Shown here: in pieces, positions 12,887-23,059 of the stretch | How positions within the stretch are numbered: position 1 is the first letter of the stretch | Layout of the letters: each line of letters starts with the position of its first letter | Source: an archaeon | GTDB taxonomy: Archaea > EX4484-52 > WAPT01 | DNA length: 64,000 nucleotides | Assembly (NCBI GenBank): GCA_029258795.1 | Contig: JAPDKB010000002.1 | Location: 32,001 to 96,000, forward strand | Reading direction: 5' to 3' | Made by a program: the position numbers and the translations under genes | The notes under the pieces: model-generated | Database searches by the model: none | What the model was told of the DNA's origin: nothing | What the model saw: the letters and a program-made list of their open reading frames with translations, nothing else

Positions 12887-13222
12887 ATGGATGATTTGGA
12901 GATGCTGAAAAGAAAAAAGCTCGAAGCTTACATGCAAGCCATGCAATCCAGCCAGCAGCAGGAGATTGAGGCGGCGCAACAGCAGGCCGCCCTCGAGATG
13001 CAGATAAAGGCTCTCATGCAAAAGTTGCTTGAACCCAATGCAAGAGAAAGGTTGTCAAACGTTAAGGTTGCGAAACCCGATCTTGCAAGACAGGTTGAGC
13101 TGCTTATACTTCAACTTTATCAGGCCGGAAGGATTCAAAAACCCCTTACCGAGCAACAGCTCGTGAATTTGTTGAAAGCACTATCCTCAGGCAAGAGAGA
13201 ATGGAAGATAAAGCGCGTGTAA
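12887..13222 (+). CDS. PDCD5-like DNA-binding protein
   Basis: LEPNARERLSNVKVAKP, QLYQAGRI; conserved position after S19e. Confidence 0.9.
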   Translation: MDDLEMLKRKKLEAYMQAMQSSQQQEIEAAQQQAALEMQIKALMQKLLEPNARERLSNVKVAKPDLARQVELLILQLYQAGRIQKPLTEQQLVNLLKALSSGKREWKIKRV

Positions 13223-13241
13223 ATAATGATTTAGGGTGCGG

Positions 13242-13424
13242 ATGATGGGCAGGTACAAAACCTCATGGGAGAAAACAAAGGTAATTAAGGAAAAGAGGAG
13301 CGCTAAAGCTGCACCTCGTTGGGTGGATCTGCGTGTCTTTGGTTTAGGAAGAGCAAGATTCAGGGCAGTTAAACGTTTCAGATCAAGACACTGGAGGAGA
13401 GGTGGGAGCAAGTTGAAGCTGTGA
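13242..13424 (+). CDS. rpl39e: 50S ribosomal protein L39e
   Basis: APRWV...RHWRR..KLKL; gene order. Confidence 0.85.
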   Translation: MMGRYKTSWEKTKVIKEKRSAKAAPRWVDLRVFGLGRARFRAVKRFRSRHWRRGGSKLKL

Positions 13425-13435
13425 TGGTGGTGTGA

Positions 13436-13987
13436 ATGGCCGAAGCAAAGGTTGAGATTCAGAAGGAGATGGTTTATACTGTTCCTCTCAAGTATGCATG
13501 GCTTGGCCCTCACAACGACAGGACAAGGAAGGCTGTAGATGTTCTCAAAAGGTTTGTAATGAGGCATATGAAAGTTAAGGAGGTTAAGATAGCTGCCGAG
13601 TTAAACGAGAAGATATGGGAGAGGGGGATAAAGAACCCTCCCAGAAGGATAAAGGTCAGGGTAGCAAAAGTGAGTGATGAGGTTGCATGGGTTACGCTGC
13701 CCGAGCACAAGTTTCCGTTTGAATTGGAAGCGATGAAAAAGAAAGAGGAGGAAGTGGTGGAAAAGAAGGAGAGTGAAGAAAAGGGAAAAGCTGGGAAGGT
13801 GGAGGAAGAGAAGGTGAAGAAGGAGGAAAAGGATACCACATCATCCAAAGCTGAAAAAACCGAGGAGAAAGCCAAGAAAACAAAAAAGGAGGAACCAGAA
13901 TCCAAACAGGAATCCAAAAAGGAAGAGAAGAGCACAAAATCATCCAAAAAGGGCGGGAAAGCAACTTCTCCCAAAAAAGAAAAATAA
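13436..13987 (+). CDS. rpl31e: 50S ribosomal protein L31e with long Lys/Glu-rich tail
   Basis: YTVPL, LNEKIWERGIKNPPRRIKV. Confidence 0.93.
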   Translation: MAEAKVEIQKEMVYTVPLKYAWLGPHNDRTRKAVDVLKRFVMRHMKVKEVKIAAELNEKIWERGIKNPPRRIKVRVAKVSDEVAWVTLPEHKFPFELEAMKKKEEEVVEKKESEEKGKAGKVEEEKVKKEEKDTTSSKAEKTEEKAKKTKKEEPESKQESKKEEKSTKSSKKGGKATSPKKEK

Positions 13988-14017
13988 AGAGACCGATTGA
14001 GCCGGTGATGCTTTTAG

Positions 14018-14686
14018 ATGGCGCACGTGATGAAAACCACATACAATGGTGATGTCAACATAGGATTGTTTGCTCTTGCCACCGACGAATTCTGGATGGC
14101 TCCCGCTGACTTTCCCGAGCTTGAAGTTCTGAAAGTTCCACGTATTTCCTGTACAGCTTCCGACACACCGCTGATCGGGCTTTTTGTTGTGGCGAACTCG
14201 AATGGAATAGTTCTGCCAAAAATAACGGAGAAGAGAGAAGTTGATGCGCTCAAAAAGAGGATTAAAGAAGTGGGAAAAGATATCAACATTTCCGTTCTCC
14301 GCACTAAATATACTGTGCTGGGCAACCTCATAGTGTGCAACGATAAGGGTGCTTTAATCTCAGAAAATCTCAGAGCTTCAGCCAAAAAGATTGAAGACAC
14401 TTTAGGGGTTGAGGTTGTTACAGGCAGCATTGCTGGAAGCAAACTCCCTGGAAGTTATGCTGTTGCCACGAATAAAGGGTTTTTGCTTTCCAATCTGGGG
14501 AGTGAGGATGATTACGCACTTTTAGAAAGCGTGCTGAAGGTCGAGGGTGATCTCGGAAGCGTCAATTTTGGCAGCAATTTTGTGAGGAGCGGACTCATTG
14601 CTAACTCCAATGGCTATGTGGTGGGAGAACCAACAACTGGTGTGGAACTCACAAGAATAGATGAAGCGCTGGGTTTTTTGGAATAA
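14018..14686 (+). CDS. eif6: Translation initiation factor 6
   Basis: NIGLFA, ANSNG repeats, GSVNFG, TTGVELTRI. Confidence 0.93.
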   Translation: MAHVMKTTYNGDVNIGLFALATDEFWMAPADFPELEVLKVPRISCTASDTPLIGLFVVANSNGIVLPKITEKREVDALKKRIKEVGKDINISVLRTKYTVLGNLIVCNDKGALISENLRASAKKIEDTLGVEVVTGSIAGSKLPGSYAVATNKGFLLSNLGSEDDYALLESVLKVEGDLGSVNFGSNFVRSGLIANSNGYVVGEPTTGVELTRIDEALGFLE

Positions 14687-14755
14687 TCTTGACCATCAGC
14701 AAAGCAAAATCTTTTTAAGAGCTACGCACAATTAGATTATTACTCCCTTCTGTGC

Positions 14756-14833
14756 AGCGGGGTAGAGCAGCCTGGAGTGCTCGCCGGGCTCATAACCCGG
14801 AGGTCGCAGGTTCAAATCCTGCCCCCGCTACCA
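14756..14833 (+). tRNA. Initiator tRNA-Met(CAT), no intron
   Basis: A1-U72; anticodon stem CCGGG-CTCATAA-CCCGG with three G-C pairs; CCA encoded. Confidence 0.95.
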
Positions 14834-14900
14834 GTTCTTAAATTTTTCTATATCACAAAATCGAAAAGCTTATATATACCTTTATACCACAATCGCCGAT

Positions 14901-15563
14901 ATGCTTAAGGATGTGATAATGCTCGGTTCTGTAGCTTTGCTCCTCTACATGGGGTGGCAGGTTGAAAAGAGAAAGCGGGCAACACACAAATCCATACTCA
15001 CGAAGCTATCCATGTTCTACTTTGCTCTGGGCATTTCTATTCTAATGTATTACATCAGGGATTTTTATGTTGCCAACGAAGCACTAGATCTCTTATTTTA
15101 CCGCATAGGGGCTATGTTTCAAGGATTGTCTTTTCTGCTTATTTTTCTGTTCTCGATCGACATATTTTATTCTGAAAGCAGGTTTAAAATGCCAGCATAC
15201 ATTCTCGCATTTCTAATCTTTGTTATGTTCTCTATTGGTATGTGGACTTTTCATCTGGAGCGTGAGATGCAAGTGTTTTATCTGGATAAAAAGTACGAAG
15301 TCACAAGAGTGTTCTTCCCCATTGAAATCGAAAAAATCATCATAACCTTGATAGGTATTTTTGCATCCACACTCCCGACACTGTCATTCGTTATTTATGG
15401 ATTGCGCGACAAAAATTCGAGGAAGAAAGCATTTCTCTATGCTACAGGTATGGTAGTCATGTTTGCAGGATCGATGCTATGCTATCTTATATCTCCGTTA
15501 CTAGCCAGATCCTTGTATCTGGTTGGCGCGATAATCTGTTATTATGCTTTCAAGATGAGGTGA
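14901..15563 (+). CDS. Multi-pass (about 7 TM) membrane protein, putative sensor
   Basis: About seven hydrophobic segments; paired with V4R gene; paralogue at 21805. Confidence 0.7.
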   Translation: MLKDVIMLGSVALLLYMGWQVEKRKRATHKSILTKLSMFYFALGISILMYYIRDFYVANEALDLLFYRIGAMFQGLSFLLIFLFSIDIFYSESRFKMPAYILAFLIFVMFSIGMWTFHLEREMQVFYLDKKYEVTRVFFPIEIEKIIITLIGIFASTLPTLSFVIYGLRDKNSRKKAFLYATGMVVMFAGSMLCYLISPLLARSLYLVGAIICYYAFKMR

Positions 15564-15570
15564 GTGGAGG

Positions 15571-16029
15571 ATGCGATTGAAGAAAAATGAAAAATATGTG
15601 GTGTTCGGAGCAGAAGAATGGAGGGTTACTGTGGGTAAGCTTTATGAGGTCGCGGGAAAGGTGTGCGGTAGGGCTCTTTATGATGGAGGGTTGGTTAAAG
15701 GGAGGAAACTCGCGAAAGCCAGTAAGTTGAAGTCGATGGCGGAGATTGAGAGCGTTCTCAAGAATGAGAATCTTGCAGAGCAGGTACAAGTTGAGAGAGA
15801 TATAATTCTTGTTAAGGGCTCTTTCGAAGGAGAAGCCCTAAAACCATCCCTGAAGCCGAGATGCTTCTATCTGGCTGGAGTGCTTGCCGCGCTTTATTCT
15901 GCCTGCAGCGGTAAGGATGTTAAGGTGGAGGAGACGGACTGCATAGCGATGGGTAAAAAGGAGTGCAGGTTTGTGGTGAGGGAGTTGAAATGGTATGAGA
16001 AAATGAAGGAAGTGATGGAAGTGATTTGA
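15571..16029 (+). CDS. Stand-alone V4R domain protein
   Basis: GSFEG, RCFYLAG, EETDCIAMGKKECRF. Confidence 0.85.
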   Translation: MRLKKNEKYVVFGAEEWRVTVGKLYEVAGKVCGRALYDGGLVKGRKLAKASKLKSMAEIESVLKNENLAEQVQVERDIILVKGSFEGEALKPSLKPRCFYLAGVLAALYSACSGKDVKVEETDCIAMGKKECRFVVRELKWYEKMKEVMEVI

Positions 16030-16133
16030 GGTGGAAAAGGGTTGAAGAATGTGACGGAAACCTATAAAAAGCTTCTTTTCCAACCAATCATATCTTCATC
16101 TTTTGACCTTCCTTTCTGAGTGGAGGAGATAAC

Positions 16134-18029
16134 ATGACTAAAGATTACGATGCCTCAGCCATCAAGGTTCTGGAGGGGCTTGAGGCGGTGAGAAGAAGGC
16201 CCGCAATGTATATAGGTAGTGTGGGGAAGCGCGGTCTCCACCATCTTGTTAATGAAGTTGTTGACAACAGTGTGGATGAAGCCCTAGCCGGCTACTGTAC
16301 GAGAATAGTGGTAACGCTTCACAAGGATGGATCGGTTAGCGTTGAGGATAATGGACGGGGCATTCCGGTTGACAAGCATCCAAAGTATGGAATTTCTGCG
16401 CTTGAGGTTGTCATGACGAAATTGCACGCAGGAGGTAAGTTCGACAAGAAGGTTTACAAGGTTTCTGGAGGGTTGCACGGAGTTGGAGTTAGTGTGGTGA
16501 ACGCTCTTTCTGAATGGATGGAGGTTCGTGTTAAAAGAGACGGGAAAATCTGGATGCAGAAATACGAGAGAGGTAAGCCAGTAACACAGCTCGAAGTTGC
16601 GGGGGAAACCGATGAAACCGGAACTTATGTCAGGTTTAAGCCCGACCCTGAGATATTCGAGGATACGAGATTTGACCCGTCCATAATAGAGGCGCGCCTC
16701 AAGGAGCTCGCTTATCTCAATCCCGGACTTGAAATAATTTTCAGGGATGAGATTAACGGTAAGGAGAAGCGCTTCTGCTTTGAGAACGGAATAGTTGACC
16801 TTGTGAAAGAGCTTACAAAGGGCAAAAACGCTTTGCACGATGATGTCATCTATCTAAAAGGGGAGGATAATGATGTGATAGTGGAGATTGCGCTGCAATA
16901 TACACAAATGGAAGGTTCAAGCGAGTTCTCGTTTGTCAACAACATCAACACGATTGAAGGCGGCACTCATGTCACAGGATTCAGAATGGCTCTCACAAAA
17001 GCTATTAAGGAAGCTATGGAAAAGCAGGGGCTTTTGAAGGAGAAGGGCGTAAACATCGAGAGTGAGGATATAAGGGATGGGTTAACAGCGGTTATTTCCG
17101 TTAAGGTGCCAAACCCGCAGTTCGAAGGTCAGACGAAAACCAAGCTGGGTAATAGCGAGGTAAGAAACGTAGTTTACAGCATAGTTTACTCCGGGCTCAA
17201 GGATTACTTTGAGAAGCACCCCGAGTTGATAAAGAACATAGGAAACAGGATTATACTTGCTGCAAAAGCCAGAATAGCGGCGAAGAAAGCAAAGGAGCTC
17301 GTGAAAAGAAAGAGCGCGCTTGAAACCACCACGCTTCCAGGCAAGCTTGCTGATTGCATAGAGAGAGATCCTGAAAAATGCGAGCTGTTCATAGTGGAGG
17401 GTGAAAGTGCAGGAGGTAGCGCAAAGCTCGCAAGGACAAGACAGACACAAGCCGTACTTCCGCTGAGGGGTAAGATAATAAATGTGGAAAAAGCTGGACT
17501 GGTCAAGGTGCTGAGAAATGAGGAAATAAAGGCATTGATTTCGGCCATAGGCACTGGCATAGGGGAGGAATTCGACATCAAAAAGCTGAGATACGGAAAG
17601 ATAATAATCATGACGGATGCTGATGTTGATGGAGCTCACATAAGAACACTGCTCCTAACCTTCTTCTACCGCTACATGCCCAAGCTTATAGAGGAGGAGA
17701 AGATATGCATAGCGATGCCACCTCTCTACCGAATCAAGGCGGGGAAGGATATTTATTATGTTTACAGCGAGGAGGAGAAGGAAGAGCTTCTCAAAAAGCT
17801 TGAAGGGAAGAAAGTTGAGGTGCAGCGTTACAAAGGTCTGGGTGAGATGAATCCGGAGCAGCTCTGGGAAACAACCATGAATCCCGAAACTCGAGTCATA
17901 AAAAAAGTGTTCATGGAGGATGCGATAGAGGCCGATAGAATATTCTCGATACTCATGGGTCCCGATACTGAACCCCGAAAGGAGTTCATAATGACTCATG
18001 CAAAGGAAGCTGTGAACATAGATGTTTAA
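16134..18029 (+). CDS. gyrB: DNA gyrase subunit B
   Basis: EVVDNSVDE, DNGRGIP, GGLHGVG, EGESAGG, PLRGK, DADVDG, YKGLGEM. Confidence 0.97.
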   Translation: MTKDYDASAIKVLEGLEAVRRRPAMYIGSVGKRGLHHLVNEVVDNSVDEALAGYCTRIVVTLHKDGSVSVEDNGRGIPVDKHPKYGISALEVVMTKLHAGGKFDKKVYKVSGGLHGVGVSVVNALSEWMEVRVKRDGKIWMQKYERGKPVTQLEVAGETDETGTYVRFKPDPEIFEDTRFDPSIIEARLKELAYLNPGLEIIFRDEINGKEKRFCFENGIVDLVKELTKGKNALHDDVIYLKGEDNDVIVEIALQYTQMEGSSEFSFVNNINTIEGGTHVTGFRMALTKAIKEAMEKQGLLKEKGVNIESEDIRDGLTAVISVKVPNPQFEGQTKTKLGNSEVRNVVYSIVYSGLKDYFEKHPELIKNIGNRIILAAKARIAAKKAKELVKRKSALETTTLPGKLADCIERDPEKCELFIVEGESAGGSAKLARTRQTQAVLPLRGKIINVEKAGLVKVLRNEEIKALISAIGTGIGEEFDIKKLRYGKIIIMTDADVDGAHIRTLLLTFFYRYMPKLIEEEKICIAMPPLYRIKAGKDIYYVYSEEEKEELLKKLEGKKVEVQRYKGLGEMNPEQLWETTMNPETRVIKKVFMEDAIEADRIFSILMGPDTEPRKEFIMTHAKEAVNIDV

Positions 18030-18050
18030 AGCCAGGAAAGGTGATGATAT

Positions 18051-20477
18051 TTGACACCGCAGAAAGCAAAGCTCATTGAAGCCCCTCTCGAGCAGGAGAT
18101 GAAGCAGGCATATCTGGATTACGCGATGAGCGTTATAGTGGGAAGAGCACTTCCTGATGTGAGGGATGGTTTGAAGCCAGTTCACAGGAGAATACTCTAT
18201 GCCATGTACGAAATGGGGCTTTTCCACAACAAGCCCTACAAGAAGTCAGCCAGAGTGGTTGGAGAAGTGCTCGGTAAGTACCATCCGCATGGTGACGCTT
18301 CCGTTTATGATGCACTCGTCAGAATGGCGCAGGATTTTGTTATGAATTATGTTCTCGTGGATGGCCACGGTAATTTTGGCAGTGTGGATGGCGATCCACC
18401 AGCTGCCATGCGTTACACCGAAGTGAGGCTTTCGAAGATAGCTGAGGAGATGTTGAAGGACATAGACAAGGACACTGTGGATTTCGTGCCCAACTTCGAT
18501 GGCACGCTGAAAGAGCCAGTAGTTTTACCTGCTGCATTTCCCAATCTCCTTGTGAATGGCTCTTCTGGTATAGCTGTAGGAATGGCAACCAACATACTAC
18601 CTCACAATTTGAACGAGGTGGTGGATGCGCTCATCTTCCTTATAGATAACAGGAAACGAGAGGTGAAGGATGAGGAGCTGCTTTCTATAGTTCAGGGACC
18701 TGACTTTCCGACAGGAGGTATAATTCTGGGTAGAGAGGGTATAAGGAGGGGTTATCTTACAGGTAGAGGAAGGGTGATTGTTAGAGGGAAAGCGGAGATT
18801 GAAGAGGGCAAGGGGAAAAGCAGAATAGTTATAACTGAAATTCCATATCAGGTCAACAAAGCGAGAATGATAGAGCACATAGCAGAGCTTGTGAAGGATG
18901 GAGTTATAAGCGGTATAAGAGACATAAGGGATGAATCGGATAGAGAGGGATTGCGCGTCGTTATAGAGCTGAGAAAGGATGCAGACCCCAACATAGTTCT
19001 CAATCAGCTCTACAAGCACACTCAACTTGAAACCAGCTATTCCATGCTGAATCTGGCTCTGGTTGACAACCAGCCGAAAATCCTCACACTCCGCCAGATG
19101 CTGGATGAGTTCATAAAGCACCGCTTCACCGTCATCAGGAGGAAAGCTTCTTACGAGCTGAAGCTTGCCAGAGACAGGGAGCACATAGTGGAGGGCTTGC
19201 TCATAGCTCTGGCCAACATAGATGAGGTTATAGACCTCATCAAGAAATCAAAGGACAGGAAGGAAGCCATGAGCTCACTCATCTCAAGATTCCAGCTGAG
19301 CGAGAAGCAGGCAGATGCCATCCTAACCATGCAGCTGCAGAAGCTGACCTCCATGGAAGTGGAGAAGCTGAAGGAAGAAAAGAAGGAGCTGGAGGAGAGA
19401 ATAAAGAAGCTGCAGAAGATTGTGAATGAAGATGATGAAGTTTACAGGATAATGAGAGAGGAGTTTGAGGAGATAAAGAAGAAGTATGGAAGGGAGAGGA
19501 GAACGAGAATAGAGGAAAGGTATGAAAGCATCGATATTGAGGACCTCGTGCAGGAGGAGGAGGTCATAGTTCTCTGCACAAAGGAAGGTTTCATAAAAAG
19601 GATGCCCGCAAAGCTTTACAGAACGCAGAGGAGGGGTGGCGCTGGCATAATAGGATTGCGTGCTGGCGATCACGATTACACAAAACATCTGATAGCTTGT
19701 TCAACCCACGATATTCTGCTCATCTTTTCAAACAAAGGTGTGCTCCGCACAATCAAAGCTTACGAGATTCCGGAGGCGAGCAGATACAGCAAGGGAAGGC
19801 ACATCTCACAGCTTTTGAAAATGGGTGAGGATGAGAAGGCGGCTGCAATCATTCCTTACAGAAAATCAAACAATTACAAGTACCTCTTCATGTACACCAA
19901 AATGGGCATCGTTAAAAAATGCGAGCTTGAGCTTTTTGCCAACGCAAAGAGGAGCGGAGTTATAGCAATAAAGCTGAAAGAGGGAGATAAGTTGATGGGT
20001 GCAATGCTCACTACAGGAAACAATACGATAATGCTCGCAACAAGGAAGGGCATGGCAATACTTTTCAATGAGCAGGACGTCAGACCCATGGGAAGGAGCG
20101 CGGTCGGAGTGGTTGGAGTCCGGCTTGGCAAGGGTGATGAGGTCGTTGCAGGAGCTGTGGTTGATGACGCGGATTACATCCTCACGGTTACATCGAAGGG
20201 TTATGTGAAGAAGAGCAGGAAGGAAGAGTACAGGGTGATCAAGCGCGGTGGAAAGGGTGTGACTAACATAAAGCTGAGCGAGAAGAATGGTGAGGTGGTG
20301 ACGGCTTTTGGAGTTAGAGATGAGGACGAGATTGTTGCGATAACCAAGAGCGGCATGACCATAAAGGTGAGTGTGAAGCAAATTCCATGTCACGGAAGAG
20401 CAACCATGGGTGTCAGGTTGATCAAACTTAAAGATGGGGATGTCGTGGCGGACGCTGCAAAAATAATTAATATTTAG
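18051..20477 (+). CDS. gyrA: DNA gyrase subunit A (TTG start)
   Basis: [12 protein letters not shown], catalytic AMRYTE, GyrA-box QRRGGAG, pinwheel repeats. Confidence 0.97.
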   Translation: MTPQKAKLIEAPLEQEMKQAYLDYAMSVIVGRALPDVRDGLKPVHRRILYAMYEMGLFHNKPYKKSARVVGEVLGKYHPHGDASVYDALVRMAQDFVMNYVLVDGHGNFGSVDGDPPAAMRYTEVRLSKIAEEMLKDIDKDTVDFVPNFDGTLKEPVVLPAAFPNLLVNGSSGIAVGMATNILPHNLNEVVDALIFLIDNRKREVKDEELLSIVQGPDFPTGGIILGREGIRRGYLTGRGRVIVRGKAEIEEGKGKSRIVITEIPYQVNKARMIEHIAELVKDGVISGIRDIRDESDREGLRVVIELRKDADPNIVLNQLYKHTQLETSYSMLNLALVDNQPKILTLRQMLDEFIKHRFTVIRRKASYELKLARDREHIVEGLLIALANIDEVIDLIKKSKDRKEAMSSLISRFQLSEKQADAILTMQLQKLTSMEVEKLKEEKKELEERIKKLQKIVNEDDEVYRIMREEFEEIKKKYGRERRTRIEERYESIDIEDLVQEEEVIVLCTKEGFIKRMPAKLYRTQRRGGAGIIGLRAGDHDYTKHLIACSTHDILLIFSNKGVLRTIKAYEIPEASRYSKGRHISQLLKMGEDEKAAAIIPYRKSNNYKYLFMYTKMGIVKKCELELFANAKRSGVIAIKLKEGDKLMGAMLTTGNNTIMLATRKGMAILFNEQDVRPMGRSAVGVVGVRLGKGDEVVAGAVVDDADYILTVTSKGYVKKSRKEEYRVIKRGGKGVTNIKLSEKNGEVVTAFGVRDEDEIVAITKSGMTIKVSVKQIPCHGRATMGVRLIKLKDGDVVADAAKIINI

Positions 20478-20502
20478 CGCCATAATACTTTCCCTGTTGC
20501 AA

Positions 20503-20624
20503 GGGCCGGTGGTCTAGCGGCTATCTGCGAAAACCGGAGGGCTCAGCTCTCTCCGGTCTTCCAGACCGAAGATGACGTCGCCCTCACGCGGCGAAGGTCG
20601 GCGGTTCGAATCCGCCCCGGCCCA
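20503..20624 (+). tRNA. tRNA-Val(CAC) with about 49-nt D-loop intron (20523-20571); no encoded CCA
   Basis: GGGCCGG/CCGGCCC acceptor; TCGCC-CTCACGC-GGCGA anticodon arm; relaxed BHB around the insert. Confidence 0.88.
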
Positions 20625-21083
20625 TAGAAATTATCCGAATCGCATGTTTACCTAATCGCCAACATAATGCGTTACGAATATCACAAGGAGTGCTATCATC
20701 ACGTGTTCTGCTATCATGTTGACCGGGGTTCATTTTTCATTCTGGCCATTCTGTAACTCAGAAATGAAAGGAGAGACAACTCCCAGAAAACGCTGACCAA
20801 AACAGCCTTCTCCAATTCCAGAAGCAACATGGGCACCAGAAAGCTGAGAGCGAAGATGCTTATTAGGGAGAAGGCTTGCTCTACCGTGGTTCATCACTCC
20901 ATTAGCTTGTTTGATGAACAGGTGGAACAAGCCTCCCTATAAATGTTTTGTTATCGGGACAGTATCAAAATTCCGGACATGTCAACTTAAGAACCAATTT
21001 CTCCACTCTGGCATAAAAATCAAAATAAGGGGGCTCAGCATATCTTGATTTTGCAAAACACACCTTAAAGGAGGTGATATACC

Positions 21084-21714
21084 ATGCTGAGCCCCCATAT
21101 AGATGAAATGTTCTCAAGGATATTTAAAAGAAACAAAAAGCTGAAAGAAAAACAAGATAAAGCCAGTATTGCTTTATTTCTCGGGATTATCATACAGAAA
21201 AGCAGGAGATGAAACAGATATGAGCCATGAGAACGTGAGAAAGTTATTCAGAAAAACGAAAGAATTTCTCAGGGAAATAAAGCCAGTAAAAAGAAAAACG
21301 ATAGCAATGGATGAGACGGTGATAAAAACAAACGGGAGGAGATGTTACATTTACGCAGCTTACGCATGAGGGCTTATGCAGCAAGAAGTTATTTGGCAGC
21401 TCTGGATTTTGTAAAACGGGTTTTTGGAGTTGGGTAAGAAAATAATCTCCTGTTTGCTGTTGATAAGGCTCCGCGGCATTAGACGGGTTTTTGAAAGACC
21501 CGGGTTGAGATATGTGCATGAGACTTCTGGAATGAGGAATAAAGTGTGGAGGGGGATCTTTTGGTTATTTGAAGCAGGGAAGTGTTTTGTTTTATTCACG
21601 ACAATTAATGTGAATTTGGGGTCTGTGTTTGGAAGAATGGATAAAAGGGTTGAGGGATGGAGAAGCTTTGAGGCATCTGAATTTGTTTTTGAAGTTGTTT
21701 ATGGTTTATTATGA
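21084..21714 (+). pseudogene. Degraded IS6-family transposase
   Basis: LYFSGLSYRK, SHENVRK, IAMDETVIK..G...YIYAA; split across frames with stops. Confidence 0.75.
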
Positions 21715-21804
21715 TTGGTTTGTCAGGAGGTGAGGCTTATCCGGATGCACTCCTTGCACATACCACAAACATTTATATATAACTTTTGCCAAAATATAAA
21801 GCCA

Positions 21805-22457
21805 TGATTAAAGATGCAATAATGTTGGTTTCTATAATGTGGGGTGGAAGGTCGAAACAATAAGAAAAGAAAGTGGAAAGAATCTTCTTTTGAAATTGAC
21901 TTTATTTTATGTTGCGCTGGGTATTGCTATATTTTTTTACTATGTTCGGGACTTTTATGTATATAATCAGGCATTGGATTTTTTGTTCGGTAAAATAGGT
22001 GGAACATTCCATACAATTTCATTCCTTTCCATTTTCCTCTTCTCCGTAGATATATTTTATTCAGAGAAGTGGAAGAGATAGATATGCTTACTTTCTGGGA
22101 ATTTTGCTGATGACTGTTTTCGTGATTTTCCTGTGGAACGTAACGTTTGCCAGTGAAATTCAGGTGGTTAAGCTTGATAAGGAGTACGTCGTAACTCACG
22201 TTTATTTTCCAGATAAATCCGAAATGATGCTTTACGTTGTTTTAGTGAGTGTAATATCATTTTTACCTATTCTCTCATTTTTAGCTTACGGAATAAAGGT
22301 TCCGGCGAAAAGAAGAAAGGCTCTAACCTATTGTTTGGGAATAGCCGTTACCGCCTCAGGAACCATGCTTTGCCTCCTTATATCCCCAATACTTGCACGA
22401 GTTATGTATCTGCTGGGTGCAGTCATCTGCTATTATGCTTTCAAAATGAAGAGTTGA
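21805..22457 (+). pseudogene. Frameshifted paralogue of the 14901 membrane protein
   Basis: MIKDAIML start; FYVALGI, YYVRDFYV, VDIFYSE, ISPILAR..YLLGAVICYYAFKM, spread over different frames. Confidence 0.85.
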
Positions 22458-22461
22458 GGTA

Positions 22462-22935
22462 ATGAACATGACTGTGCTGCGAAAAAAAGAAAGAAGCATA
22501 TGTATATCCCAGAGAGAATGGGCGGTGATGACTAAAAGGTTGTATGAAGTTGCAGGAAAGGTTTTTGGTAGAGCGCTCTATGAAGGTGGACAGGTAAAAG
22601 GAAAGGAATTGGTAAAAAAATATGGCGTAAAGAAAGACGATTTGAAACAATTGCAAGAAGTAATAAAAAAAGAGGGCCTTGCAAGAAATGTGGAGATACA
22701 TGATAGAGAAATATTGGTTGAAGGTTCTTTTGAAGGAGAAGCTCTAAAACCATACACAAGGCCTGTGTGTTTTTATCTCGCAGGGATCATTGCAACCATT
22801 TATTCAAAGATAGAAAAGGAAGATGTAAAAGTTGAAGAAACGGACTGCATCTCCACAGGTAAAAAAGTGTGCAGGTTTGTCGTCAGGCCGCTTGAGTGGT
22901 ATGAAAAGATGAATGAAGTTATGGAAATAATTTGA
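22462..22935 (+). CDS. V4R domain protein, paralogue of 15571
   Basis: LYEVAGKVFGRALYEGG, GSFEGEALKP, CFYLAG, EETDCISTGKKVCRF. Confidence 0.87.
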   Translation: MNMTVLRKKERSICISQREWAVMTKRLYEVAGKVFGRALYEGGQVKGKELVKKYGVKKDDLKQLQEVIKKEGLARNVEIHDREILVEGSFEGEALKPYTRPVCFYLAGIIATIYSKIEKEDVKVEETDCISTGKKVCRFVVRPLEWYEKMNEVMEII

Positions 22936-23059
22936 AAAAAGTAAGCATGTTTTGGCTTCGTTTCCTTATATAAAGGGACAAGCAATTGCGACTTACTTAT
23001 TCATATTATATCGTTTGGATAGAGGATGCTTGGAACTTTTGAAGTGAGAGGCTTTGGGA

